Shown here piece by piece: positions 36,515-45,753 of a stretch of DNA of 64,000 nucleotides (its first letter is position 1; the number at the start of each line of letters is the position of its first letter). The stretch comes from an uncultured Gemmatimonadales bacterium (GTDB lineage Bacteria; Gemmatimonadota; Gemmatimonadetes; Gemmatimonadales; GWC2-71-9). The DNA lies in contig CAVYSW010000005.1 of NCBI GenBank assembly GCA_963771275.1, forward strand, positions 96,001 to 160,000. Reading direction: 5' to 3'. The notes beneath the pieces are model-generated. The model did no database searches. It was not told where the DNA came from and was given only the letters and a program-made list of their open reading frames with translations. Position numbers and translations under genes: made by a program.

Positions 36515-37810
36515 ATGCGGATCATCCCCACCATCCGACTCGTCGCGCTGCTCACGCTGGCGACCGCGGCCGCGGTCGTCGCGCAGGGGCTGCCGCCGGA
36601 TCGGCCCGAACGGCTCGGCTTCTCCGCGGAGCGGCTCGCGCGGATCGACCGCGTGATGCAGGAGGCGGTGGATCAGGGTCGAGTGGCGGGCCTCGTGACG
36701 CTCGTCGCACGGCACGGCCGGGTGGCGCAGGCGGGTGCCTACGGCTGGGCCGATCGCGAGGCCGGGCGCCGCATGACCACGGACGCGCTGTTCCGCATCG
36801 CGTCACAGACCAAGGCCGTGACCAGCGTCGCGGTGATGCTGCTGGTCGAGGAGGGGCGGCTGCGGCTGGCGGATCCGGTCGCCCGGTACGTGCCGAGCTT
36901 CGCGCGCGCCACGGTCGCCGTCGCGACCGACACCGGGCGGGTATGGGTGCCGGTCCGCCGGCCCATCACGCTCCGCGACCTGCTCACCCACACGGCCGGC
37001 ATCTCCTACGGCACCGACTCGCTGGTGCAGGACCTCTATCGGCCCGTCGGGCTGGGACCGGCGGCCGGCTACGGGTGGTACTTCGCCGACAAGAAAGAGC
37101 CCGTGTGCGACGACGTCGATCGCCTGGGGACGCTGCCGTTCGTCGCGCAGCCGGGTGAACGATTCGTCTACGGCTACGCCACGGACGTTCTGGGCTGCGT
37201 CGTGGAGCGCGCCTCGGGGCAGTCACTCGCCGACTTCTTCGCTTCCCGCGTCTTCCGGCCGCTCCGCATGACGGACACCCATTTCTTCGTTCCGTCGGAC
37301 GATCGGGGAAGGCTCACGGCGGTCTACACCGTTTCGGACGGGGGCCTGGCGCGCGCGGGGGAGGGGTCGCGCGGGCAGGGGGCCTACGGGGACGGCCCGC
37401 GCGCCAGCTACTCGGGGGGTGCGGGACTCGTGTCGACGGCGGGCGACTACCTGCGCTTCCTGGAGATGCTCCTCGAAGGCGGCGTGCTCGACGGGGCGCG
37501 CGTGCTCGGATCCAGGACCGTGGCGCTGATGACCGCGGACCAGCTCGGCGCGCTCTACGGCAGCACAGGCTACGGGTTCGGATTGGGGTTCCAGGTGCTG
37601 GTGGATCCGGGCCGCGCCGGTCAGTTCGGCTCCCCTGGCCTGTACGGGTGGGGTGGCGCGTACGCCACGAGCTACTGGGTGGATCCGCAGGAAGACCTGG
37701 TCGGGGTCTTCATGGTGCAGCTGCTGCCGAACCCGGGGCTCGATCTCGCCGACCGGTTCCGCGCGCTGGTCTATCAGGCGATCGTCGCCCCATCGCCGCG
37801 ACGCCCCTGA
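36515..37810 (+). CDS. Beta-lactamase-family serine hydrolase (esterase-like), secreted
   Basis: FRIASQTK (SxxK), LLTHTAG, FVYG, SGGAGL and WGGAYAT motifs. Confidence 0.92.
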   Translation: MRIIPTIRLVALLTLATAAAVVAQGLPPDRPERLGFSAERLARIDRVMQEAVDQGRVAGLVTLVARHGRVAQAGAYGWADREAGRRMTTDALFRIASQTKAVTSVAVMLLVEEGRLRLADPVARYVPSFARATVAVATDTGRVWVPVRRPITLRDLLTHTAGISYGTDSLVQDLYRPVGLGPAAGYGWYFADKKEPVCDDVDRLGTLPFVAQPGERFVYGYATDVLGCVVERASGQSLADFFASRVFRPLRMTDTHFFVPSDDRGRLTAVYTVSDGGLARAGEGSRGQGAYGDGPRASYSGGAGLVSTAGDYLRFLEMLLEGGVLDGARVLGSRTVALMTADQLGALYGSTGYGFGLGFQVLVDPGRAGQFGSPGLYGWGGAYATSYWVDPQEDLVGVFMVQLLPNPGLDLADRFRALVYQAIVAPSPRRP

Positions 37811-37821
37811 CCCCGGGTGGG

Positions 37822-38547
37822 TCAGTCCCTGCCGTCCTTGAGGGCGAGCGCGATGTAGCGCTCGAGCTCCTCCGCCGACTTGGCGCCGCGGAGCCGCCGG
37901 CCGTTGATGAACAGCGTTGGGGTGCCGTTCACGCCCAGCTCCCAGCCGTCCAGCAGATCGCGCGCCACCGCGGTCCGCGTCTCCTCCGCTTGCAGGCACG
38001 ACTCGAACGCCGCGAGGTCGAGACCGGCCGCGGCCGCATGGGCGCGGAGTACGGCGTCCGAAAGCGGCCCGGTGTCCCGCAGTAGCGCGTCGTGGTACTC
38101 CCAGAAGCGCCCCTGGCGGTAGGCGCACTCCGCCGCCTGGGCGGCCGCGATCGCGAACGGGTGGAGCGCGGCGAGCGGGAAGTTGCGCACCACGTAGCGG
38201 ACGCTGTCGCCGTAGCGGGTCAGCACGACGGGCAGGATCTCCGTCGCATGCCGGCGGCAGAACGGGCACTCGTAATCGGTGAACTCGACGATCGTGACGG
38301 GCGCATCAACCGGGCCGCGGGACGGGCGGTCGGTGATCGGCACCGCGGCCGGCACCGCGTCGGCGTAGTCGGCCGCGTCACCCGCGAGGCGCGCGGCTGC
38401 CGCGCTGCTGCGGATGCGCTGGACCGTGCGGACGCCGAGGAACAGCCCGGCGCCGCCCAGCAGCCCCGCCAGGACGGCGGCTACCACCATCGCATGATTG
38501 GCATTCAGGGCGATCGCGATCCGGTCGCCCTTGCGGTGGATTTCCAT
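37822..38547 (-). CDS. Membrane-anchored DsbA/thioredoxin-fold oxidoreductase
   Basis: N-terminal TM segment, EFTDYECPFC active site, FPL and GVNGTPT cis-Pro loop. Confidence 0.92.
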   Translation of the reverse strand: MEIHRKGDRIAIALNANHAMVVAAVLAGLLGGAGLFLGVRTVQRIRSSAAAARLAGDAADYADAVPAAVPITDRPSRGPVDAPVTIVEFTDYECPFCRRHATEILPVVLTRYGDSVRYVVRNFPLAALHPFAIAAAQAAECAYRQGRFWEYHDALLRDTGPLSDAVLRAHAAAAGLDLAAFESCLQAEETRTAVARDLLDGWELGVNGTPTLFINGRRLRGAKSAEELERYIALALKDGRD

Positions 38548-38734
38548 GCGGAGAATGTGCGGCTCAGGCGCACGTGGTGCCAGGGTTTGCGCGCCGGCTG
38601 CGGCGGGGGTTGCGGGGCAGCGTCCCGTCTCCGATATTGGCCGCGGTCGCGCCTCCGCGGCACCGCGGCCGACGGGGTGCGCGCAACCACTGCGCCGGAA
38701 CCGATTCCACCTCCAGGAAGGAGAGGACGCCCCA

Positions 38735-38962
38735 ATGCGCAAGTCCGGATTCCTGTTGTTGGCAGCCGGAGTGGCAGTGGGCACGGCAGCGATCGGGCTC
38801 GCCTGCGGCGGCGATGAAGGGTGCCCCGGCATCGTCTGCTCCGACTGCGGTGCGTTCGGCGACTGCAACATCTCGTGTACCGCCCCGGAGGTGCAGTACT
38901 GCGGCAACTTCGGGCTCTCCACCGACCCGACGTATCGGTGTACCTACTGCGGACCGCCATGA
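38735..38962 (+). CDS. Small cysteine-rich lipoprotein (75 aa)
   Basis: Purine-rich RBS (AAGGAGAGG), signal peptide with GLAC lipobox, 8 further Cys in 51 residues. Confidence 0.75.
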   Translation: MRKSGFLLLAAGVAVGTAAIGLACGGDEGCPGIVCSDCGAFGDCNISCTAPEVQYCGNFGLSTDPTYRCTYCGPP

Positions 38963-39128
38963 TCGGCGGCACCGCGGAGCCGCTCCGCCGCGTGACGCGC
39001 CAACGCCCGACCCGCCCCGCGGGTCGGGCGTTCGCCTTCATCCGGGGTGGCGGAAGGCGGTACCGCGGGACAACTTCGCGTGCGTGAGCCGAGCCCACCG
39101 TTCCGGTGTGCGGCTCGCCTCCGGCACC

Positions 39129-40058
39129 ATGACCGACACCCTCTCTCGTCGAGCATTCGTGGAAGCTACGGGCGCCGTGCTGCCCGCGGCGTTCCCGTGG
39201 GTTACGGGAGGTCGCTGTGCGGCACCGCGGCCGGATGAGCCGCTGTTTCGCATCTCCCTCGCCGAGTGGTCGCTCCACCGGGCGCTCGGCAGCGGGACCC
39301 TCGATCACCTCGACTTCCCGCTGGTGGCGCGGCGCGACTACGGGATCGAGGCCGTCGAGTACGTCAACACGTTTTTCCGGGGCAGGGGGACCGACGAGCG
39401 CTATCTCGCGGCGCTGAAGGCCCGGGCGGCCGATCACGGGGTGAAGAACGTCCTCGTCATGTGCGACGGCGAGGGTGCGATCGGCGATCCGGATCCCGCC
39501 GCGCGCACCCGGACGATCGAGAACCACTTCAAGTGGCTCGATGCCGCCGCGGTCCTCGGTTGTCACTCGATTCGCGTGAATGCGCAGTCGCAGGGAAGCG
39601 ACGCCGAGCAGCACGACCTGGTGGTGGACGGGCTGCGCCGGCTGACGGAGGTGGCGACCCTGCGCGACCTCAGCGTCATCGTGGAGAACCACGGTGGGCT
39701 TTCGTCCAACGGCGCGTGGCTCGCGGCAGTTATCCGGGCAGTGGGACACCCGCGGTGCGGCACGCTGCCCGACTTCGGGAATTTCCAACTTGGCGGGAAT
39801 GAGTGGTACGACCGCTACCGGGGCGTCGCCGAGATGATGCCGTTCGCCCGGGCGGTGAGCGCCAAGTCCCACGACTTCGATGCCGAGGGCAACGAGCAGC
39901 ACACGGACTTCCGCCGGATGCTGCGGATCGTGCTCGATGCCGGCTACCACGGTCACGTCGGGATCGAATACGAGGGAAGCGGGTTGAGCGAGCCCGACGG
40001 CATTCGCGCTACCAAAGCGCTGCTCGAGCGCGTCCGCGCCGAGCTCACCGGGGCATAG
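39129..40058 (+). CDS. Sugar phosphate isomerase/epimerase (xylose-isomerase-like TIM barrel), Tat signal
   Basis: SRRAFV twin-arginine motif; ISLAEWS, ENHGG, PDFGNF and IEYEG metal-binding motifs. Confidence 0.9.
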   Translation: MTDTLSRRAFVEATGAVLPAAFPWVTGGRCAAPRPDEPLFRISLAEWSLHRALGSGTLDHLDFPLVARRDYGIEAVEYVNTFFRGRGTDERYLAALKARAADHGVKNVLVMCDGEGAIGDPDPAARTRTIENHFKWLDAAAVLGCHSIRVNAQSQGSDAEQHDLVVDGLRRLTEVATLRDLSVIVENHGGLSSNGAWLAAVIRAVGHPRCGTLPDFGNFQLGGNEWYDRYRGVAEMMPFARAVSAKSHDFDAEGNEQHTDFRRMLRIVLDAGYHGHVGIEYEGSGLSEPDGIRATKALLERVRAELTGA

Positions 40059-40063
40059 CCCAC

Positions 40064-41116
40064 ATGCGGGAGGCCGCGCGGATCGCCCGGAGGTTCGCGA
40101 CCCTGGTCGAGATGGGGTTCGAGCGGGCGGACCACGCGCCCGTCGCCACCGACGTCATCCGGCTCGACCCGGCGACCGCGCAGGTCGTGGGCGGGCGCCC
40201 CGCGATGGGCACGCTGGTGTCCGTCTCGGCCGTGGGCGAATCGCCGGACCGGCTGGAGGAGGCGATCGGGCGGGCGTTCGCAGAGATGGACCGCCTGATC
40301 GGGCTGCTCACCCGGTTCGAGCCTGCCTCCGCCGTGAGCCAGCTCAACGCGACCGGCCGGCTCGAGGGGGCACCGCCCGAGGTCGTGCGCGTCGTGCGGC
40401 GCGCGCTCGAGCACCACGCGCTGAGCGGCGGGGCGTTCGACGTCACGGTCGCGCCGCTCGTGGATCTGTTCGCCGACCGGTTCGGCCGCGACACGCCTAC
40501 CGAGCCCACGGCGGCGGAGATCCGCGACGCCCTCGAGCGCGTGGGGTCGCGGCACGTCGCGGTTGCGCGGCGGCGGATCAGCTTCGCGCGCGAGGGCGTC
40601 GCCGTCACGCTCGACGGCATCGCCAAGGGCTACATCGTGGACGGGATGGCGCGGGCGCTCGACCGGCGCGGGGTCACGCGCTATCTGATCAACGCGGGCG
40701 GCGACATCCGGACGCGAGGGATGAAGCAGCGCGGGCGCCCGTGGACGATCGCGGTGCGGCATCCGTCGCGGAGCGGCGCGTTCGCGGACGCGATCCACGT
40801 GACCGACGCGGCGGTCGCCACGTCCGGGAGCTACGAGGTCTGGTTCGACGACGACCGCGCGTTCCACCATATCGTGAGCGCGCAAACCGGGCGGTCCCCA
40901 AACGGCGTGGCGAGCGTGTCGGTGGTCGCCCCCACGGCGATGGCGGCCGACGCGCTGGCCACGGGCACGTTCGTGCTGGGGCCGCGCGACGGGGTCGCGC
41001 TGATCGAGCGGCTGCGCGGGTGCGCATGTCTGATCATCGATCGGGACGGGCGGCAGTGGAGATCGCGGGGCTGGAGGAGTGCACCACGCACTGAGGGAGA
41101 CGAGGTGGCGTCATGA
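40064..41116 (+). CDS. apbE: FAD:protein FMN transferase
   Basis: AMGT, GAFDVTV, LDGIAKGY, INAGGD, ATSGSYE, HHI and ADALAT motifs. Confidence 0.94.
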   Translation: MREAARIARRFATLVEMGFERADHAPVATDVIRLDPATAQVVGGRPAMGTLVSVSAVGESPDRLEEAIGRAFAEMDRLIGLLTRFEPASAVSQLNATGRLEGAPPEVVRVVRRALEHHALSGGAFDVTVAPLVDLFADRFGRDTPTEPTAAEIRDALERVGSRHVAVARRRISFAREGVAVTLDGIAKGYIVDGMARALDRRGVTRYLINAGGDIRTRGMKQRGRPWTIAVRHPSRSGAFADAIHVTDAAVATSGSYEVWFDDDRAFHHIVSAQTGRSPNGVASVSVVAPTAMAADALATGTFVLGPRDGVALIERLRGCACLIIDRDGRQWRSRGWRSAPRTEGDEVAS

Positions 41117-41628
41117 CCCAAGGATCATCCCGTACCGGCGTTCAAACGGCGGCTCTGGTCACACTCCGCATCCTGATCGGCTGGCACTTTCTGTATGAGG
41201 GCCTGGCCAAGGTACTGAGTCCGTACTGGACCTCTGCGGAGTACATGGACCAGGCGCGCTGGCTGTTCCGGGGGCTGTTTCACAGCCTCGCGGCGAGCCC
41301 CACCGCCGTGACGATCGTGGACCTCCTCAACACCTGGGGACTCACGCTGATCGGAGCGGGGCTGCTGGTCGGACTGCTGACGCGCACGGCCACGGCGTCC
41401 GGGCTGCTGCTGCTCGTGTTGTACTACATCGTGGCGCCGCCGTTCGTCGGCTTGCTGTACGCCATGCCGGCGGAGGGGAGCTACCTGGTCGTCAACAAAG
41501 TGCTGGTCGAGGCCGCCGCCCTGCTGGTACTGCTCGCGTTCCCGACGGGCCATCGGTATGGCCTGGACGCACTCGTGTTCCGGAATCGCGGCGCTGCCTA
41601 CCAGGCCCCCGAGCGGGCCGGCGCCTGA
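41113..41628 (+). CDS. DoxX/DoxD-family membrane protein (putative quinone-interacting)
   Basis: LRILIGWHFLYEGLAK, four TM segments, GLLTR and YGLD motifs; ATGA coupling to apbE. Confidence 0.85.
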   Translation: MTQGSSRTGVQTAALVTLRILIGWHFLYEGLAKVLSPYWTSAEYMDQARWLFRGLFHSLAASPTAVTIVDLLNTWGLTLIGAGLLVGLLTRTATASGLLLLVLYYIVAPPFVGLLYAMPAEGSYLVVNKVLVEAAALLVLLAFPTGHRYGLDALVFRNRGAAYQAPERAGA

Positions 41629-41637
41629 GGACACCCG

Positions 41638-43236
41638 ATGACCGACGAAACCAAGCAGCCAAGCGCGACCAAGGCGCCGGCCGATGACTCGACGCGGATC
41701 AGCCGGCGGGGCCTGCTCAAGGCCCTGGTCTCCCTCCCCGTCGTGGGCGTCTTCGTCTACAACTTTCTCAGGAAGAAGGCGGCGGACGACGCCAAGCGGC
41801 GGGCGATCCTCGCCGAGCTCGGCGTGGCCGAGGGTGGGCCGGCCGTCATTCCGAACGCCATCTCGCAGCCACCCAGCAAGAAGCTCCGGGTGGGCATCAT
41901 CGGGTACGGTGGGGAAGGCGAGTCGCTGGTTCGTCACGCCGGGTTCGCGCACCCCGACTGGGTCGACGGCGCGCGCAAGAGCGTGCGGGAGAACCCGCGC
42001 GACAAACAGCTCGAGACGTATCTCAACCAAGACGACCTCAACATCGCGATCACGGCGGTGTGCGATGTGTTCGACGTGCGCGCCGAGCGTGCCATCGCCG
42101 CGTCGCAGGTGGACGTGCGCTCGGGCGGCGGGCCGGCGCTGCCGGCGGCCAAGCGGTACGCGCGCTACACGGACCTGCTCGAGAGCGGCGACGTGGATGC
42201 CGTGATCATCGCGACGCCCGATCACTGGCACGCGCGGATGACGATGGATGCCGCGGCGGCGGGGATCCACGTCTACTGCGAGAAGTGCATGACCCGGACG
42301 GCCGAGGAGGCGGTCGCGGTCCACGACGCCGTGACCAGGTCGGGCATCGTCTTCGAGCTCGGTCATCAGAACCGGCAGTCGGAGGCGCACAACAAGGCGC
42401 GCGAGATCATCGCGGCCAAGATCCTGGGGCCCATCACGCTGGTCGAGTCCACGACGAACCGCAACTCGCCGTGGGGTGCCTGGGTATGGGACATTCACAA
42501 GGACGGGAACCCGAAGACGATCGACTGGGCGCATTTCGAGGAGCCGGCCCCACACAAGGTGCCGTTCAGCCTCGAGCGCTTCTTCCGGTGGCGCTGCTGG
42601 TTCGACTACGGCACCGGCCTCTCCGGCGACCTGCTGTCGCATGAGTACGACGGGGTGAACCAGATCCTCCAGGTCGGGATCCCGCGCTCGTGCGTCGCGT
42701 CCGGGGGGATCTACTACTTCAAGGACGGACGCGACGTACCGGACACGTTCCAGGCCGTGTACGAGTACCCCGACCGGGATCTCACGTTCGTCTACAGCGC
42801 CACGCTGGCCAACGGACGCGATCGCGGCCTCGTATTCATGGGACACGACGCCTCGATGCGCGTGAGCGGCAGCCTCACGATTCAGGCGGACTACGAGTCG
42901 ACGCGCTACGAGCAGAAGATCAAGGACGGCGTGATCGACCCGGGACAGCCGATGTTCACGTACCGTCCGGGCTTCAAGGGGATCGACGCCGTGACGTCGG
43001 CGACGGAGCAGTACTTCGCCAGCCGCGGGCTGCTGTTTACGTATCGGGGTGGGCGGCGGATGTCGGCCTACCATCTGCTCATCGCGGAGTGGCTCGACGT
43101 GATCCGGAACGGCGGCACGACGAGCTGCAGTGTGGACCGCGGCTTCGAAGAAGCGATCACGTGCCACATGGCCACGCGGTCGTATCTGGAGGGCAGGAAG
43201 GTGACCTGGGACGCTCGGCGCAGGGTGATCGTGTAG
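41638..43236 (+). CDS. Gfo/Idh/MocA family oxidoreductase with twin-arginine leader and putative flavinylation motif
   Basis: SRRGLLK plus hydrophobic segment; GIIGYG, ATPDHWH, CEKC and GDLLSH motifs; DAVTSAT at residues 450-456. Confidence 0.9.
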   Translation: MTDETKQPSATKAPADDSTRISRRGLLKALVSLPVVGVFVYNFLRKKAADDAKRRAILAELGVAEGGPAVIPNAISQPPSKKLRVGIIGYGGEGESLVRHAGFAHPDWVDGARKSVRENPRDKQLETYLNQDDLNIAITAVCDVFDVRAERAIAASQVDVRSGGGPALPAAKRYARYTDLLESGDVDAVIIATPDHWHARMTMDAAAAGIHVYCEKCMTRTAEEAVAVHDAVTRSGIVFELGHQNRQSEAHNKAREIIAAKILGPITLVESTTNRNSPWGAWVWDIHKDGNPKTIDWAHFEEPAPHKVPFSLERFFRWRCWFDYGTGLSGDLLSHEYDGVNQILQVGIPRSCVASGGIYYFKDGRDVPDTFQAVYEYPDRDLTFVYSATLANGRDRGLVFMGHDASMRVSGSLTIQADYESTRYEQKIKDGVIDPGQPMFTYRPGFKGIDAVTSATEQYFASRGLLFTYRGGRRMSAYHLLIAEWLDVIRNGGTTSCSVDRGFEEAITCHMATRSYLEGRKVTWDARRRVIV

Positions 43237-43262
43237 GGGAGACGCGAGACGGAGGAGATGAC

Positions 43263-44483
43263 GTGAGCACAACGGTCCGCCTGTGCGCGATGATGTTCCT
43301 GCAGTACGCGATCTGGGGCGCGTGGGCTCCCGTGCTCTCGGCGCACCTCATCGGCAACCTGGGGTTCAGCGGCGGGCAGGTCGGCTGGATCTACGCCCTG
43401 CTTCCCCTGGCCACGATCGTCTCGCCGTTCATCGGGGGCCAGGTCGCGGATCGGTACTTCGCGTCGGAGAAGGTGATCGGCTGCCTCGCCCTGACCGGCG
43501 GCGCGCTCCTGGTCGTGGTATCGCGCACGACGGATTTCACAGTCATGAGCGGGCTGATGCTGCTCTACTGCCTGCTCTACGCCCCCACCCTCGCGCTCAC
43601 CAACTCGATCGCGATGATCAACCTGAAGGACTCCGAGGAGGAGTTCGGGCGGATCCGCGTGTGGGGCACGCTCGGCTGGATCGCCGCGGGCCTGACGCTC
43701 AGCGGGTGGCGCTGGCTGGCGCGGGACGGCGTGATGCCCGTGGTCGCCGGGGACACGCTGCTGCTCGCCGGGGTGCTCTCGATCGTGATGGGCATCCAGT
43801 CGTTCACGCTGCCGCATACGCCCCCCCGCACGGAGGGTGTGAAGCCGTGGGCCTTCGTCGAATCGCTGAAGATGCTGCGGGTCAGGGACTTCGCGATCTT
43901 CGTCGGGATCACGTTCGTCGTCGCGACCGAGCTCGAGTTCTACTACATCCTGACGGCCCCGTTCCTCGAGGCGAAGATCGGCGTATCGAGCGCCAACGTG
44001 CCCGCGGTGATGACGGTGGGTCAGCTCGCCGAGATCTTCGTCATGGCGTTCTTCCTGTCGCGGGCGCTGAAACGCTACGGCATGCGGAGGACGCTCGCGA
44101 TCGGGGTGATCGCGTGGCCGCTGCGCTACATCGTGTTCGCCGTCGGGAGCCCGGGGTGGCTGGTGATCGCGTCGCTCGCGCTCCACGGCTTCTGCTACGT
44201 GTTCTTCTTCGTCGCCGCGTTCATCTACGTGGACAAGGTGGCGCCGCCGGACGTCCGGGCCTCGGCGCAGAGCCTCATCGCGATCGTGGCGCTGGGATTC
44301 GGACGGTTCCTGGGCAGCCTGTTTGCCGGCCGTATTCGGGACGTGTTCACGACGGACGCGGGGACGAACTGGACCCATGTGTTCCTCGTCCCGTGCGCGC
44401 TCACCGTGCTGTGCGCGGTGGCGTTTCTGCTGTTCTTCCGGGAGAAGACGCCGCCGCGGCCACTGGAGCAAGTCCATGGGTAA
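43263..44483 (+). CDS. MFS transporter, nucleoside:H+ symporter (NupG/XapB/YegT) family
   Basis: MMFLQYAIWGAW, GQVADRY, IRVWGTLGW and LHGFCY motifs; about 12 TM segments. Confidence 0.92.
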   Translation: MSTTVRLCAMMFLQYAIWGAWAPVLSAHLIGNLGFSGGQVGWIYALLPLATIVSPFIGGQVADRYFASEKVIGCLALTGGALLVVVSRTTDFTVMSGLMLLYCLLYAPTLALTNSIAMINLKDSEEEFGRIRVWGTLGWIAAGLTLSGWRWLARDGVMPVVAGDTLLLAGVLSIVMGIQSFTLPHTPPRTEGVKPWAFVESLKMLRVRDFAIFVGITFVVATELEFYYILTAPFLEAKIGVSSANVPAVMTVGQLAEIFVMAFFLSRALKRYGMRRTLAIGVIAWPLRYIVFAVGSPGWLVIASLALHGFCYVFFFVAAFIYVDKVAPPDVRASAQSLIAIVALGFGRFLGSLFAGRIRDVFTTDAGTNWTHVFLVPCALTVLCAVAFLLFFREKTPPRPLEQVHG

Positions 44484-45738
44484 CCTCGCAGGCAAGCGGC
44501 TGGGGGTCGGTCTGATCGGCGGCGGGTTCGTCGCCAGGTTCCACATCCGGTCCTGGGTGGGTGTGCGGGACGCGGACATCCGGGGGAGCGTGAGCCGGAA
44601 CGACGGCACGGCGGAAGAGGCGGCGGTCCTGGCGCGGCGACTCGGCGTCGGGGACGCCAAGGTCTACCGCACGATCACGGACATGGTAGCGGACCCCGCG
44701 ATCCACGCGCTCTGGATCTGCGCGCCGAACTTCACCCGCATCGAGGTCATGGAGGAGATCGTCCACGCGATCGAGTCGGGGAAAGGCACGCTCGTCGGGG
44801 TAGCGTGCGAGAAGCCGCTCGGCCGGAACGCGGCGGAAGCGCGCCGCATGCTCGAGCTGGCGCGCCGCGTAGGGCTGCTCGACGGCTACCTCGAAAACCA
44901 GCTCTTCTCGCCGGGCGTGGTCCGGGGCAAAGACATCGTGTGGAGCCGGGGCGCGGCGCTCACGGGGCCACCCTTCCTGGCGCGCGCCGCGGAGGAGCAC
45001 AGCGGCCCGCACATGCCGTGGTTCTGGGAGGGAGCCCTGCAGGGAGGAGGGGTCCTCAACGACATGATGTGCCACTCGGTCGAGGTCGCCCGGTTCCTGC
45101 TCACGCCCCCCGGCGCGACGCGCGACGCGCTCACGCCGGTCAAGGTCACGGCCCATACGGCGTGCCTCAAGTGGCAGCAACCCCGCTACGCCGATCGTCT
45201 CGCGCGGGACAGTGCAGGAAAGACGGACTACCGGAACCGGCCCGCCGAGGATTTCGCCCGCGCCCTGGTGGAGTTCCGGGCGGCGGACGGAAGCCGGCGG
45301 CTCGTCGAGGCCACGACGTCCTGGTGCTTCGTCGGCGCGGGTCTCCGGCTCAGCATGGAGCTGCTGGGCCCGGAGTACTCGCTGGCCGTGAACTCGCTGG
45401 ATGCCGGGCCGAAGATCTTCTTCAGCCGGGAGGTGCGCGGCGCGGCCGGCGAGGACCTCGTGGAGAAACAGAACGCGGAGATGGGGCTCATGCCGGTCGT
45501 GAGCGACGAAGAGGCCGAGTACGGATATGTGGGGGAGAACCGGCACATGGTGCAGGCGTTCCGGGAGGGGCGACGCCCCGCGGAGAGCTTCACGGACGGG
45601 GTCGCCGTGACCGAACTCCTGATGACGGCGTACATGAGCGCGGAGCAGGAGCGCACGATCGCGTTCCCGCCGCCCGATCTAGCGGCGTTCGTGCCGGCCG
45701 TGGCGAGGGGGCAATGGAATCCGGGCCAGCCCGCGTAG
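44476..45738 (+). CDS. Cytoplasmic Gfo/Idh/MocA family oxidoreductase
   Basis: GLIGGGFVA, CEKPL and GGGVLNDMMCH motifs; no signal peptide. Confidence 0.92.
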   Translation: MGNLAGKRLGVGLIGGGFVARFHIRSWVGVRDADIRGSVSRNDGTAEEAAVLARRLGVGDAKVYRTITDMVADPAIHALWICAPNFTRIEVMEEIVHAIESGKGTLVGVACEKPLGRNAAEARRMLELARRVGLLDGYLENQLFSPGVVRGKDIVWSRGAALTGPPFLARAAEEHSGPHMPWFWEGALQGGGVLNDMMCHSVEVARFLLTPPGATRDALTPVKVTAHTACLKWQQPRYADRLARDSAGKTDYRNRPAEDFARALVEFRAADGSRRLVEATTSWCFVGAGLRLSMELLGPEYSLAVNSLDAGPKIFFSREVRGAAGEDLVEKQNAEMGLMPVVSDEEAEYGYVGENRHMVQAFREGRRPAESFTDGVAVTELLMTAYMSAEQERTIAFPPPDLAAFVPAVARGQWNPGQPA

Positions 45739-45753
45739 GGCGGAGGAGGCAGC

